Assembly: GCA_965248695.1 (NCBI GenBank)
Contig: CBDFKD010000002.1
Location: 2,144,001-2,208,000 of the forward strand
DNA: 64,000 bases
Direction: 5' to 3'
Origin: Acidobacteriota bacterium
GTDB taxonomy: Bacteria; Acidobacteriota; UBA890; WLXD01
Position 1 is the stretch's first letter. Every line of letters begins with the position of its first letter. The notes under the pieces were generated by a model that was not told where the DNA came from, searched no databases, and was given only the letters and a program-made list of their open reading frames with translations. Of the stretch, positions 1-8,418 are shown one piece after another. A program made the translations under genes and the position numbers.

Positions 1-636
1 ATCCGCTTCTCGATTGTCCATCTGGACAAGAAGGACAAGGAGATCGGGACCGATCATGGACTGCTGAAGGTCGTCGGGACGGACATCAAGGAGCTCAGCG
101 GATCCGGTCCGGATTTGATCTTCGCGGCCAAAGAGAAGATGCGCCTGGAGGTCCGACCGCGCGGCGCTGATTTGTCGTTCGCGGCCGAAGAAGTCCAGTT
201 CTTCTTCGAGATGCCGAACGTCGCTGCTCGGGCCGCACCGGATGCGGCGCCGCTGAGGGCGCCCAGCTTCTCCCTGGCCGGGGCGCGCGGCCGCAAGAAG
301 AAGGTGATGACGACAACCTTCGCCACGCCGGTGAACTTCCCCAAGGGAACAGTTTTCCTCAGCGGCTTCGTGATGACCCAGGGCAACCGAGAGACCAGGT
401 CGCTACCGACGCGGGTATTGCTGGAGGTCCTGCATCTCGACGCCAAGGGCAAGAAGATCGGTACCTTCAAGATGACCTTCGCCGTCAACGGTCTGACGAT
501 ACCGTTCACCACGAAGCCCTTCCCCGGCTTCGACGTCGCCGCGGGCGAGTCGGTTCGACTCAGCTTCAAGCCCAAGGGCGGCGAATTCGCGGTCGACGAT
601 CTATTCGCCCTTATTCCGGTCTTTGTCGCCGACTAG
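1..636 (+). CDS. Hypothetical protein, 5' partial, with an internally duplicated beta-rich domain
   Basis: Frame 1 is open from base 1 to TAG at 634-636. Motif IVHLDKKDKEIGT recurs as VLHLDAKGKKIGT. Confidence 0.6.
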   Translation: MRFSIVHLDKKDKEIGTDHGLLKVVGTDIKELSGSGPDLIFAAKEKMRLEVRPRGADLSFAAEEVQFFFEMPNVAARAAPDAAPLRAPSFSLAGARGRKKKVMTTTFATPVNFPKGTVFLSGFVMTQGNRETRSLPTRVLLEVLHLDAKGKKIGTFKMTFAVNGLTIPFTTKPFPGFDVAAGESVRLSFKPKGGEFAVDDLFALIPVFVAD

Positions 637-651
637 ACTGGCCGGGGCGAG

Positions 652-1464
652 CTAAGACGACAGATCTCGCCGGAACCACCAGGCTAGCGCCACAGCGACC
701 AGGCCCGCAGCCACCACCTGGGTGATCGTCAGGGGTCCGAGGTACGGGCCGAAGAGCACGTCACCGCGGAAGAACTCCATGACGAACCGTATGCCGGCGT
801 ACCCGCCCACAAGCAGGACGGCGTTCTCACCGGTGCGTTCGCGGCGTGGTTTCCTGTTGATCAGAACAGCCGCGAGCACGAGTACCGCTGCAGCCTCATA
901 GATCTGCGTCGGGTGGACGGCGGAACCGAGAACAACCCCGGACCGCGCCACCACGTCGACGTTGGTGTAAACGACCCCCCATGGCATTGCGGTAGGCGTC
1001 CCGTAGCAGCATCCGGCGCCGAGGCATCCGAGTCGCATGATCGGAATCGCCAACGCGAGGCCCGGGCTGATTGCGTCGAAGCAAACGGCCATCGGAAGTC
1101 GGTAGAACCGGGCGTAGATCAACGCTGCGGCACCGCCGGTGAGCGCCGCCGAGAACATCGAGCCACCGGGTAGGTTCAGACCGACGAACAGCGTTGTCCA
1201 CCCGTGGTCCCGAACGCCTTCGACAACGAAATGCCGGTACGCCGGATTTTGCACCAGCGGCAGCAGCTTGGCACCTATGGTCATCGTCGGGAGCAAGAAC
1301 ACCGCGCTCCAGTACGTATGCACTGGCTCGATACCGGCGGCGACGAGGCGACGACGGGCCAGGGACCATCCCACCACCAGCGCGGCAGCGGCAGCGACGC
1401 CATACGTCTGGACCTCCATGATCCCGACGAACGGCAGGTGGAGGCGCACGAGAACGGGATACAA
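652..1464 (-). CDS. lgt: Prolipoprotein diacylglyceryl transferase family protein (divergent)
   Basis: MYP..TYG start, RLGC..GCCYG, PWG, HPTQIYE and RFVMEFFRGD motifs; multiple transmembrane helices. Confidence 0.85.
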   Translation of the reverse strand: MYPVLVRLHLPFVGIMEVQTYGVAAAAALVVGWSLARRRLVAAGIEPVHTYWSAVFLLPTMTIGAKLLPLVQNPAYRHFVVEGVRDHGWTTLFVGLNLPGGSMFSAALTGGAAALIYARFYRLPMAVCFDAISPGLALAIPIMRLGCLGAGCCYGTPTAMPWGVVYTNVDVVARSGVVLGSAVHPTQIYEAAAVLVLAAVLINRKPRRERTGENAVLLVGGYAGIRFVMEFFRGDVLFGPYLGPLTITQVVAAGLVAVALAWWFRRDLSS

Positions 1465-1535
1465 CGGATCACCGTCCTTTGACGAGGATGACGAGAGCTT
1501 GCTTCAGGGCGTACGGAACGCCCAGCGACGCTATG

Positions 1536-2384
1536 CTACTGCGCTTGCTCCGCCTCGGCCCCATCGGCCGGCGCATCGTCTGCCTCGGCAGGTGGCGCCG
1601 GCATCACTGCGGCGACCTGCTCCGCCATCCAGGCGTCGAAATCCGCTTGCTCGTGGATGGTGTAGAAGCCACGCATGCGGAAATGACCGAGGCCGCAAAG
1701 CTGCGCGCAGGTGATCTCCCAGCAGGTCTTGTCGCCAGCGCAGGCCGGATACTCCGATTCCTCGGGCGTCACCAGGATGGGCGTGAAGTGCACCGGAATC
1801 ATCAGCCCAGGGATGATGTCCTGCTTCACGCGCATCTGCTGGAGGGAGAAGCCGTGGATCACGTCCTTGGACGACAGCAGCAAGGTCACCGGACGATCGA
1901 CAGGCAGGTGTAGCTGGTTGGTCGAGATGACGTCATCGACTGCGTAGGGATCCGTGCGGTCGAGCCCGATGGCATTGGTTGGTGTGATCGACTCGAGCTG
2001 CGTCCGACCGAAGACGCCGTCGGGTCCGCTGTAGTGGACGCTCCACAGGAACTGCTCGGCGACCACCCGTACCTCGAGCGCATCATCGCCGGCCGGCGGG
2101 GTAACCCAGCTGGCCCACGCCGGTATGGCGAAGAAAACCAGCAGGACGACCTCTACGATACCGACGCCGATCTCGACATACCGGGAGAAGTGGCTCGTCG
2201 CCCCCTCATAGCTGGCGCGCGGATTGGCGCCGGCGCGAAACCGGAACACTACGTATGCGAAGTAGGCCCCCCAACCGATGAACAGGATCAGCATGATCCA
2301 GTGCACCAACGCCGACATCTCGTCCAGCGCCTGGCCGTGGGCCGCACCGTTGACCGGCATCCAGTCCTGCAAGAGCGCAAGCAT
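1536..2384 (-). CDS. coxB: Cytochrome c oxidase subunit II
   Basis: Two TM helices, QFLW, DVIHGF and CuA motif CAQLCGLGHFRM. Confidence 0.95.
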   Translation of the reverse strand: MLALLQDWMPVNGAAHGQALDEMSALVHWIMLILFIGWGAYFAYVVFRFRAGANPRASYEGATSHFSRYVEIGVGIVEVVLLVFFAIPAWASWVTPPAGDDALEVRVVAEQFLWSVHYSGPDGVFGRTQLESITPTNAIGLDRTDPYAVDDVISTNQLHLPVDRPVTLLLSSKDVIHGFSLQQMRVKQDIIPGLMIPVHFTPILVTPEESEYPACAGDKTCWEITCAQLCGLGHFRMRGFYTIHEQADFDAWMAEQVAAVMPAPPAEADDAPADGAEAEQAQ

Positions 2385-2648
2385 TTACCGCACGCCTCCG
2401 TCGATCACCTTGAAGCTCTCCTTGTGCTCGCGCAGCTGCTTGCTGCGGCGCCACATGCCGACGAACATCGTCACGAAGCCGACCTGAACGACTCCGACTA
2501 CGGCCAGCATCGCCAGGATGCCATTGTTGATGCCGCGCGCCACCGGACCATCGATGTCGCCGTAGCACACCGGGCACGCCTCGGCGACGGAAGGAACGAG
2601 CACCGCGGCGCACGTCAGCATCGCAATCAAGCACGCCGAGCGTCGCAT
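2385..2648 (-). CDS. Small exported/membrane protein with CxxC motif
   Basis: Signal peptide ending AEA, then CPVCYG and one TM helix; abuts both neighbours in the cox operon. Confidence 0.75.
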   Translation of the reverse strand: MRRSACLIAMLTCAAVLVPSVAEACPVCYGDIDGPVARGINNGILAMLAVVGVVQVGFVTMFVGMWRRSKQLREHKESFKVIDGGVR

Positions 2649-2851
2649 CAGATTCCCAGCTCCCGCATCTTGCGCACGAATCGCAAGCCATAGACAACCA
2701 GGCCAGCTCCGCCGGCGTAGAAAGCTATTGCCAGTGCCAGGCTGGTTGTCGCGCCCACGAGTCGATACTGCTGTAGCGCCCAGGCACCGACCATGAAGCA
2801 GAGCACGATCGACGCGCAGATGAAGAACACGTGAAACGCCTTCAGCGACAT
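2648..2851 (-). CDS. Small two-TM membrane protein in cox operon
   Basis: ATG at 2851 (MSLKAFHVFFI) lies immediately after the coxD stop; two hydrophobic helices. Confidence 0.75.
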   Translation of the reverse strand: MSLKAFHVFFICASIVLCFMVGAWALQQYRLVGATTSLALAIAFYAGGAGLVVYGLRFVRKMRELGI

Positions 2852-2852
2852 C

Positions 2853-3194
2853 TCAGTGCTCCGCCGGAGCCGCTGGCGGCGCCCCTTGCATCGGCGTGCC
2901 CGTCGTGTCGGCAATCGTCCCGGCGGGTACCGCCATCAGAACGACGAAGAAGACCACCGTCAGCGCCAGAATGCTGTAGATGAGCTTCTGCTCGTCGAGC
3001 AAGTGCATGAAGTACCCGGCAACGAGCCCGCCCTTGATGGTGGCGATGATCAACGCCAGTGTGATCGCCGGTCCGGATGACAGATCGATGTAGCTGACGG
3101 CGACGGTCACCATCGTCAGAACTGCCAAGGCTCCGAACACCATCATGTAGGTCCGAACCTCTGCCTGAATCTCTTCCGGGCTATGGCCGCTCAT
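2853..3194 (-). CDS. coxD: Cytochrome c oxidase subunit IV
   Basis: Three TM helices with YxxVFGALxVLT and K..LV..YFMHL motifs. Confidence 0.9.
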   Translation of the reverse strand: MSGHSPEEIQAEVRTYMMVFGALAVLTMVTVAVSYIDLSSGPAITLALIIATIKGGLVAGYFMHLLDEQKLIYSILALTVVFFVVLMAVPAGTIADTTGTPMQGAPPAAPAEH

Positions 3195-3204
3195 CCAGGG
3201 CTCC

Positions 3205-3792
3205 CTAAAGCAAGTACAGGGCGGGGAACAGGAAGATCCACACCAGGTCCACGAAGTGCCAGTACAAACCGAACGTCTCGGCGCGGTTGGTGAACCGCTC
3301 CGGCTCCGTATTCCACATCTTGGCGCCGGGGCCGAGCAGGTACCCGATCACCAACATGCCGCCGAGGACGTGGAGTCCGTGCAAGCCGGTCATGGTGAAG
3401 TACACCGCCATGAAGTTGTTGGTGGCCGGATACAGACCGTGGGTGAACTCCTCGTTGTACTCGATGGCCTTGACCACCATGAACGCCGAGGCCAGCAAGA
3501 ACGTCACGATGCCGTACAGCCTGAACTTTGGGAAGTCGTTCAGCCGCAACGACGCCCACGCCATGACCACGGTGACCGACGATGTGATCAGGAACATCGT
3601 GTTCAACGTCGCCATGGGAACGTTGAGGTCGGCGTGGTACCAGTTCGGGTCGCCGGTTCGGAGCAGAATGTACGCCGAGAACAACGCCCCGAAGAGCATC
3701 ACTTCCGAGGCCAGGAACAGCCAGATGCCCAGCTTGGCGTTGTACAGGCCGGTGTCTGGTCGCGCTTCGACGTTGTAGGGAATCTCGACCAT
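3205..3792 (-). CDS. coxC: Cytochrome c oxidase subunit III (short form)
   Basis: WLFLASEVMLFGALF, TGLHGLHV and YWHFVDLVWIFLF motifs. Confidence 0.95.
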   Translation of the reverse strand: MVEIPYNVEARPDTGLYNAKLGIWLFLASEVMLFGALFSAYILLRTGDPNWYHADLNVPMATLNTMFLITSSVTVVMAWASLRLNDFPKFRLYGIVTFLLASAFMVVKAIEYNEEFTHGLYPATNNFMAVYFTMTGLHGLHVLGGMLVIGYLLGPGAKMWNTEPERFTNRAETFGLYWHFVDLVWIFLFPALYLL

Positions 3793-3795
3793 CGC

Positions 3796-5586
3796 CTATC
3801 CCTCCTGCGGCGCCGCGTCTTGCGCGATGAAGCCGTCCTCAGCACCGGGGGCGCTGTACTCGTAGGGTCCCCGGTATACTCGCGGCAGGGTCTCGAAGTT
3901 GCCGTGTCCGAGCGGCGGCGAGCTGGTTGCCGTCCACTCGATGGTCGTGGCGTCCCATGGATTGTCCGTCGCTCGCTTGCCGCGGAAGATGCTCCACACG
4001 AAGTTGACGATGAAGATCATCTGGGCCGCCAGGAGCAGGAAGGCGGAGTAGGAAATGAAGGTGTTCCAGTGCAGCACCGGCTGCGCGTGCGAGTACTGCG
4101 CGCCGCCGTCGTACAGCCGCCGGGACACACCGGCCAGCCCCTGGAGGAACATCGGCGCGAAGATGCCGTTGATGAACACCAGCGACGTCCAGAAGTGCAG
4201 CTTGCCGAGCGTCTCGCTCATCATCCGGCCGGTGATCTTCGGGAACCAATAGTAGATGCCGGCGAAGATGCCGAAGATGGTTCCGGGCGCGACGACGTAG
4301 TGGAAGTGGCCGATCACGTAATAGGTGTCGTGCAGGTGAATGTCCGTCGGCGCCAGACCTAGCGGCAGTCCCGTGAGCCCACCGATGCCGAACATGGGCA
4401 GGAACGCGAGGGCGAACAGCATCGGGGTGTTGAAGCGGATCGAACCACCCCACAACGAGAGAAACAGCGCCGTCAGAATCACCACCGAGGGAATCGAGAT
4501 GATCATCGTCGTGGTCTGGAAGAAAGCGCTGATCACGGTGCCCATGCCGGTCATGAACATGTGGTGCGCCCATACGATGAACGACGTGAAGCCGAGGAAC
4601 ACGGCCGAGTACACCAGCGCCTTGTAGCCCCAGAGCGGCTTGCGGGTGTTGTTGGCGATCACCTCGGCGACGATCCCCATCGCCGGCAGGACCAGCACGT
4701 AGACCTCAGGGTGTGCCAGGAACCAGAAGAGGTGCTGCCACAGGAGCACCGAGCCACCGCCGGCATACTCGAGGGCCTGCCCAGATACGTAGAGCCCGCT
4801 GGGCATGAAGAAGCTGGTGCCGCCAACACGGTCCATCAACTGCATCACGCCCGCCGCCTCCAGCGGCGGGAACGCCAACACGAGCAAGAACGACGTCACC
4901 AGCTGCGCCCAGCAAAAAAACGGCAGGCGCATCCAGGTGAGCCCTGGCGCGCGCAGCTGGAAGATCGTCACGATGATGTTCATCGAGCCGAGCAGCGAGG
5001 AGGTGATCAGGAAGATCATGCCGACCAGCCATGCGGACTGTCCCATGGTGGCGATGATCGACAGCGGCGCGTACGAGGTCCAACCCGAGTTGGCAGCCCC
5101 GCCCGGAAGGAAGAAGCTGACCAGCATGACCACGCCACCGACGAAGTATGACCAGTAGCTCGCCATGTTGAGCTTCGGGAAGGCCATGTCGGGAGCGCCG
5201 ATCTGCAGCGGCACGATGTAGTTACCAAAGGCGCCGACGATCATCGGCACCACGGCGAGGAACACCATGATGGTGCCGTGCATGGCGCCGAGCTGGTTGT
5301 AGAACTCCGGCAGCATGATGCCGCCGGGCGCATTCGCCTGGCCCAGGTACCCGCCGATGATCGGTATCGGTGCACCGGGGCTGGCCAGCTGCCAGCGCAT
5401 CAGGATCATCAGACAGAATCCGAACAACAGAAAGAACAGAGCCGTCAGGCCGTACTGAATCCCGATGACCTTGTGGTCGGTCGAGAAGATGTACTTCCAG
5501 ATGAAGCTCTCGTCATGATGCTCGCCGTGCGCATGGGCATCGTCGTGCCCGGCCTCGTCGACGAACTTCTCCTCGGGGACGCTCAT
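3796..5586 (-). CDS. coxA: Cytochrome c oxidase subunit I (A-family heme-copper oxidase)
   Basis: STDHKVIG, HGTIMVF, DMAFP, HPEVY, WAHHMF, HDTYYVIGHFHY and RR; all six His ligands and the cross-linked Tyr are present. Confidence 0.97.
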   Translation of the reverse strand: MSVPEEKFVDEAGHDDAHAHGEHHDESFIWKYIFSTDHKVIGIQYGLTALFFLLFGFCLMILMRWQLASPGAPIPIIGGYLGQANAPGGIMLPEFYNQLGAMHGTIMVFLAVVPMIVGAFGNYIVPLQIGAPDMAFPKLNMASYWSYFVGGVVMLVSFFLPGGAANSGWTSYAPLSIIATMGQSAWLVGMIFLITSSLLGSMNIIVTIFQLRAPGLTWMRLPFFCWAQLVTSFLLVLAFPPLEAAGVMQLMDRVGGTSFFMPSGLYVSGQALEYAGGGSVLLWQHLFWFLAHPEVYVLVLPAMGIVAEVIANNTRKPLWGYKALVYSAVFLGFTSFIVWAHHMFMTGMGTVISAFFQTTTMIISIPSVVILTALFLSLWGGSIRFNTPMLFALAFLPMFGIGGLTGLPLGLAPTDIHLHDTYYVIGHFHYVVAPGTIFGIFAGIYYWFPKITGRMMSETLGKLHFWTSLVFINGIFAPMFLQGLAGVSRRLYDGGAQYSHAQPVLHWNTFISYSAFLLLAAQMIFIVNFVWSIFRGKRATDNPWDATTIEWTATSSPPLGHGNFETLPRVYRGPYEYSAPGAEDGFIAQDAAPQEG

Positions 5587-5844
5587 GAGCGCATCTCGCC
5601 TCGCGCGGTGGAACTAGACCGAAACAGAGCGAGTGGAGCTTACGACAGGCCTGTCAGCGGAGCAATTCGCGCCCGGGGCCACTGTTGTTCAGACGCTAGC
5701 CGCTGTAGTCGAGCGCCTTGGCGCCTTTCTTGTCGTCCGCTTTGATAGCACTCATGTAGTCCGCCTCATCAAGCTACGATGAGATCGGCACCATTGTCTA
5801 TGCGCGCCGCGTTCTCGTCTTGGGCGCCGGTGCGACGCCGGAAA

Positions 5845-6201
5845 TCACCCGTCCATACGAGCTCGCGTGAGCGCCCGCGCATACCACAGTAGCTCGTCGA
5901 CAAAGCGCTCGCCGCGACTTTCGAACGCCTCATCCAGGATCCCACCCTCGGCGTCGAACGTCTTGTCGATGTACGGGCAGGTCATAGCCGCCGGGATAGG
6001 CACGGCACCTAGGTTCATGAGCACGATGCGGAGCTGCTGCAGTACCACCATGCCACCGAAGGCTCCTATCGAGTGGGCGACGATGCCTACTGGCTTACGG
6101 CGCCATTCCTGGCCCAGGGCGTCGATCGCATTCTTGAGGGCCGCTGTATAGCCCTTGTTGTACTCCGGCGTAGCGATGACGACGGGCACGTTCAGGGTCA
6201 C
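5845..6201 (-). pseudogene. NADPH-dependent FMN reductase with internal deletion
   Basis: TPEYN..ALKNAID..W..KP and GAFGG motifs are present, but only 8-10 residues precede TPEYN and the GSxR loop is absent. Confidence 0.7.
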
Positions 6202-7439
6202 GACAGTGGCGGCTCCAGCAGGAGCATCACCAGCAGTGCCGTGCGTTCGACCATGCGCTCCAGATCGACGTACTCGTGCGTCGCGTGCGCCCCGTCGCCG
6301 ACGGCCCCGAGCCCATCGAGCGTCGGTGTGTAGAGGTTGGTGATGTTGCCATCCGATCCGCCGCCGGCGCGCCCGTGATCGAGCTCGAACCCCAGGCTAT
6401 CGGCGTGACGACGGGCTGCATCCCAGAGCACTTTCCCGCCGGCCGTCTGCTCCATCGGCAAGCGTCCCTCGGTCTGTGCCGCCTCGACGCTCGCCTCCGG
6501 GTGTACCGGGCTCAGGCCACGGATGGCAGCGTCGACGCGCGCCGCATCGTCGAGCGTTGGTACTCGCACGTCCACGTCAGCGACACACTCCGATGCGATG
6601 ACGTTGGAGCGCGTGCCGCCAGCGACAATCCCGACGTTGACGCTGACGCCGCGTTCCGCATCGTTGAGCGCGAAGAGGGCTTCCACCAGCCGCGACATCT
6701 CCAGGATCGCGCTGATCCCTTCGTCGGGGTTGAGCCCCGCGTGAGCCGCTCGGCCAGTGACCTTGACGCGATACTGCCGCACACCCTTGCGAGCGGTCTT
6801 CAGCAGGCCGCCCGGTGTCAGTGACGGTTCCATGACAAAGGCGCGGTTGGCGGCGCGGGCCAACCAGCAGATGTACTTCTCGGAGTCGTGGCTGCCGATC
6901 TCCTCGTCGGAATTGATGAAGACGACGGGCGTGACCTCTGGCTGCTGGCCAAGATCGCGCAGCACCCGCAGCGCAAAGACCGTCTGCGTGACGCCGCACT
7001 TCATGTCGTACACACCCGGCCCGCGCATCCGTGATCCCTCTACCAGTACAGGCATGGTCTCCAGGGTGCCCAGCGGCCAGACGGTGTCGCAGTGCCCTAA
7101 CAGCAGCTGCAGGGGCGCGCGGCGTTGACGTGGCGGGCTCGCTAGCAACATGCCGCCGCTCGCATGGCCGGAATGCCGGCGACATCGCAGACCCGCCGCC
7201 TGCAGGCCTTCGGCGATCTGCCGCAGCGCCGCTGGCTGTGTCTGGGTCTCGAGCGTCGGGGTCTCGACCGAAACGAGCCTACGCAGAAACTCCACCGCCT
7301 CAGCGTGCCGAGCGCGAACCGCTTCGACGACCTCGCCGGCCAGCGGGCGCGCCACCGGCGCACAGGTGCGCGCTGGTGGCCGCTGTTGGCCGCGTTCTTC
7401 CTCGGCCAGGCCAGTTCGGGGTTCTGCAGTCTCGTCCAT
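6198..7439 (-). CDS. M20 family metallopeptidase (glutamate carboxypeptidase-like)
   Basis: GHCDTV, GPGVYDMK, DEEIGS, AHAG, GGSDGN and GAHA motifs. Confidence 0.92.
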   Translation of the reverse strand: MDETAEPRTGLAEEERGQQRPPARTCAPVARPLAGEVVEAVRARHAEAVEFLRRLVSVETPTLETQTQPAALRQIAEGLQAAGLRCRRHSGHASGGMLLASPPRQRRAPLQLLLGHCDTVWPLGTLETMPVLVEGSRMRGPGVYDMKCGVTQTVFALRVLRDLGQQPEVTPVVFINSDEEIGSHDSEKYICWLARAANRAFVMEPSLTPGGLLKTARKGVRQYRVKVTGRAAHAGLNPDEGISAILEMSRLVEALFALNDAERGVSVNVGIVAGGTRSNVIASECVADVDVRVPTLDDAARVDAAIRGLSPVHPEASVEAAQTEGRLPMEQTAGGKVLWDAARRHADSLGFELDHGRAGGGSDGNITNLYTPTLDGLGAVGDGAHATHEYVDLERMVERTALLVMLLLEPPLS

Positions 7440-7445
7440 GCGCGA

Positions 7446-7451
7446 ATGATA
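7446..7451 (-). promoter_or_regulatory. -10 element of a probable leaderless transcript
   Basis: TATCAT lies 6 nt upstream of ATG 7439; no Shine-Dalgarno sequence. Confidence 0.45.
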
Positions 7452-7627
7452 GACGAACGAGCCAGACGGACCCGAATCTCTCCGCTGGTGCACGGCACAT
7501 CTTCAGAATCAGAGAATATGTTCAACTATCCGTTGCTAGGCGAGAATATGTAATGATAATTTATAAGCACTGGGACGGCTGTTGGTCTGTGTCTAACACG
7601 TTTTCAAGACTCGAAGATATCCTGAAG

Positions 7628-8392
7628 GTGCAGAAGTCCGTCCCGTATCTCCTTGCTGCTCTTGTCGTGATCGCCGTGTCGGCGAACCCGGCCTACGCGC
7701 AGAGCCTCCGTGGCAGCCGTGCCTCCATCGATCGGCAGAACCGCCAGGCACGCGCGCACGACTTCACCTTCCTGCGCGATAGCGCGCACGTCGCCCGATT
7801 CGTACGCGGTGGCCTGCTCGTGCCGCTACGCGGCAATCGCGACTACACCCTCCGGGACGTGTCGTACCCGTACGCTCGACCGGAAGTGAAGCTTTTCGCC
7901 GAGCGGCTGGCGAAGCAGTTCCGCGCCGCCTGTGGGGAGCAGCTGGTGGTCACCAGCCTGACGCGCCCGCAATCGAGTCAGCCACGCAACGCCTCGCCAC
8001 GCTCGGTGCACCCGACCGGAATGGCGATCGACCTCAGGCGTCACAACAAGCCGTCCTGTCGTAGTTGGCTCGAGCGAGTGCTGCTTTCACTCGAGGAGCG
8101 CGGAGTGCTCGAGGTCGCCGCCGAGAAGTACCCGCCTCACTACCACGTGGCGCTGTACCCGCGACCGTATGCCGAGTATGTGCAGCGCATCGCCGGTACG
8201 GCAGCGAGCCCACGTGCCGGTGGCTTCAAGGATGTGGTGACTTACAAGGTGAGCCGCCGCGACACGCTCTGGAGGATCGCCCGCAGCCACGGCACGACGC
8301 CCGATCGCATCAAGTCCAAGAACGGGCTCACGTCGACGCGGATCTACCCTGGCCAGATGCTGCAGGTCCCGGTACCCAGCCCGCAGCAATAA
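7628..8392 (+). CDS. Secreted M15-like (DUF5715) peptidase with C-terminal LysM domain
   Basis: Signal peptide (AYA), SLTR..Q, SVHPTGMAIDL, HYHV; LysM YKVSRRDTLWRIA..IYPGQML. Confidence 0.8.
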   Translation: MQKSVPYLLAALVVIAVSANPAYAQSLRGSRASIDRQNRQARAHDFTFLRDSAHVARFVRGGLLVPLRGNRDYTLRDVSYPYARPEVKLFAERLAKQFRAACGEQLVVTSLTRPQSSQPRNASPRSVHPTGMAIDLRRHNKPSCRSWLERVLLSLEERGVLEVAAEKYPPHYHVALYPRPYAEYVQRIAGTAASPRAGGFKDVVTYKVSRRDTLWRIARSHGTTPDRIKSKNGLTSTRIYPGQMLQVPVPSPQQ

Positions 8393-8418
8393 ACACCGTC
8401 TGGATCAACGCGGGACAA

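Noticed and set aside
7031-7627. Long N-terminal extension of the LysM ORF (453-aa call)
   Set aside because: It overlaps the M20 peptidase on the opposite strand; the signal peptide begins at GTG 7628.
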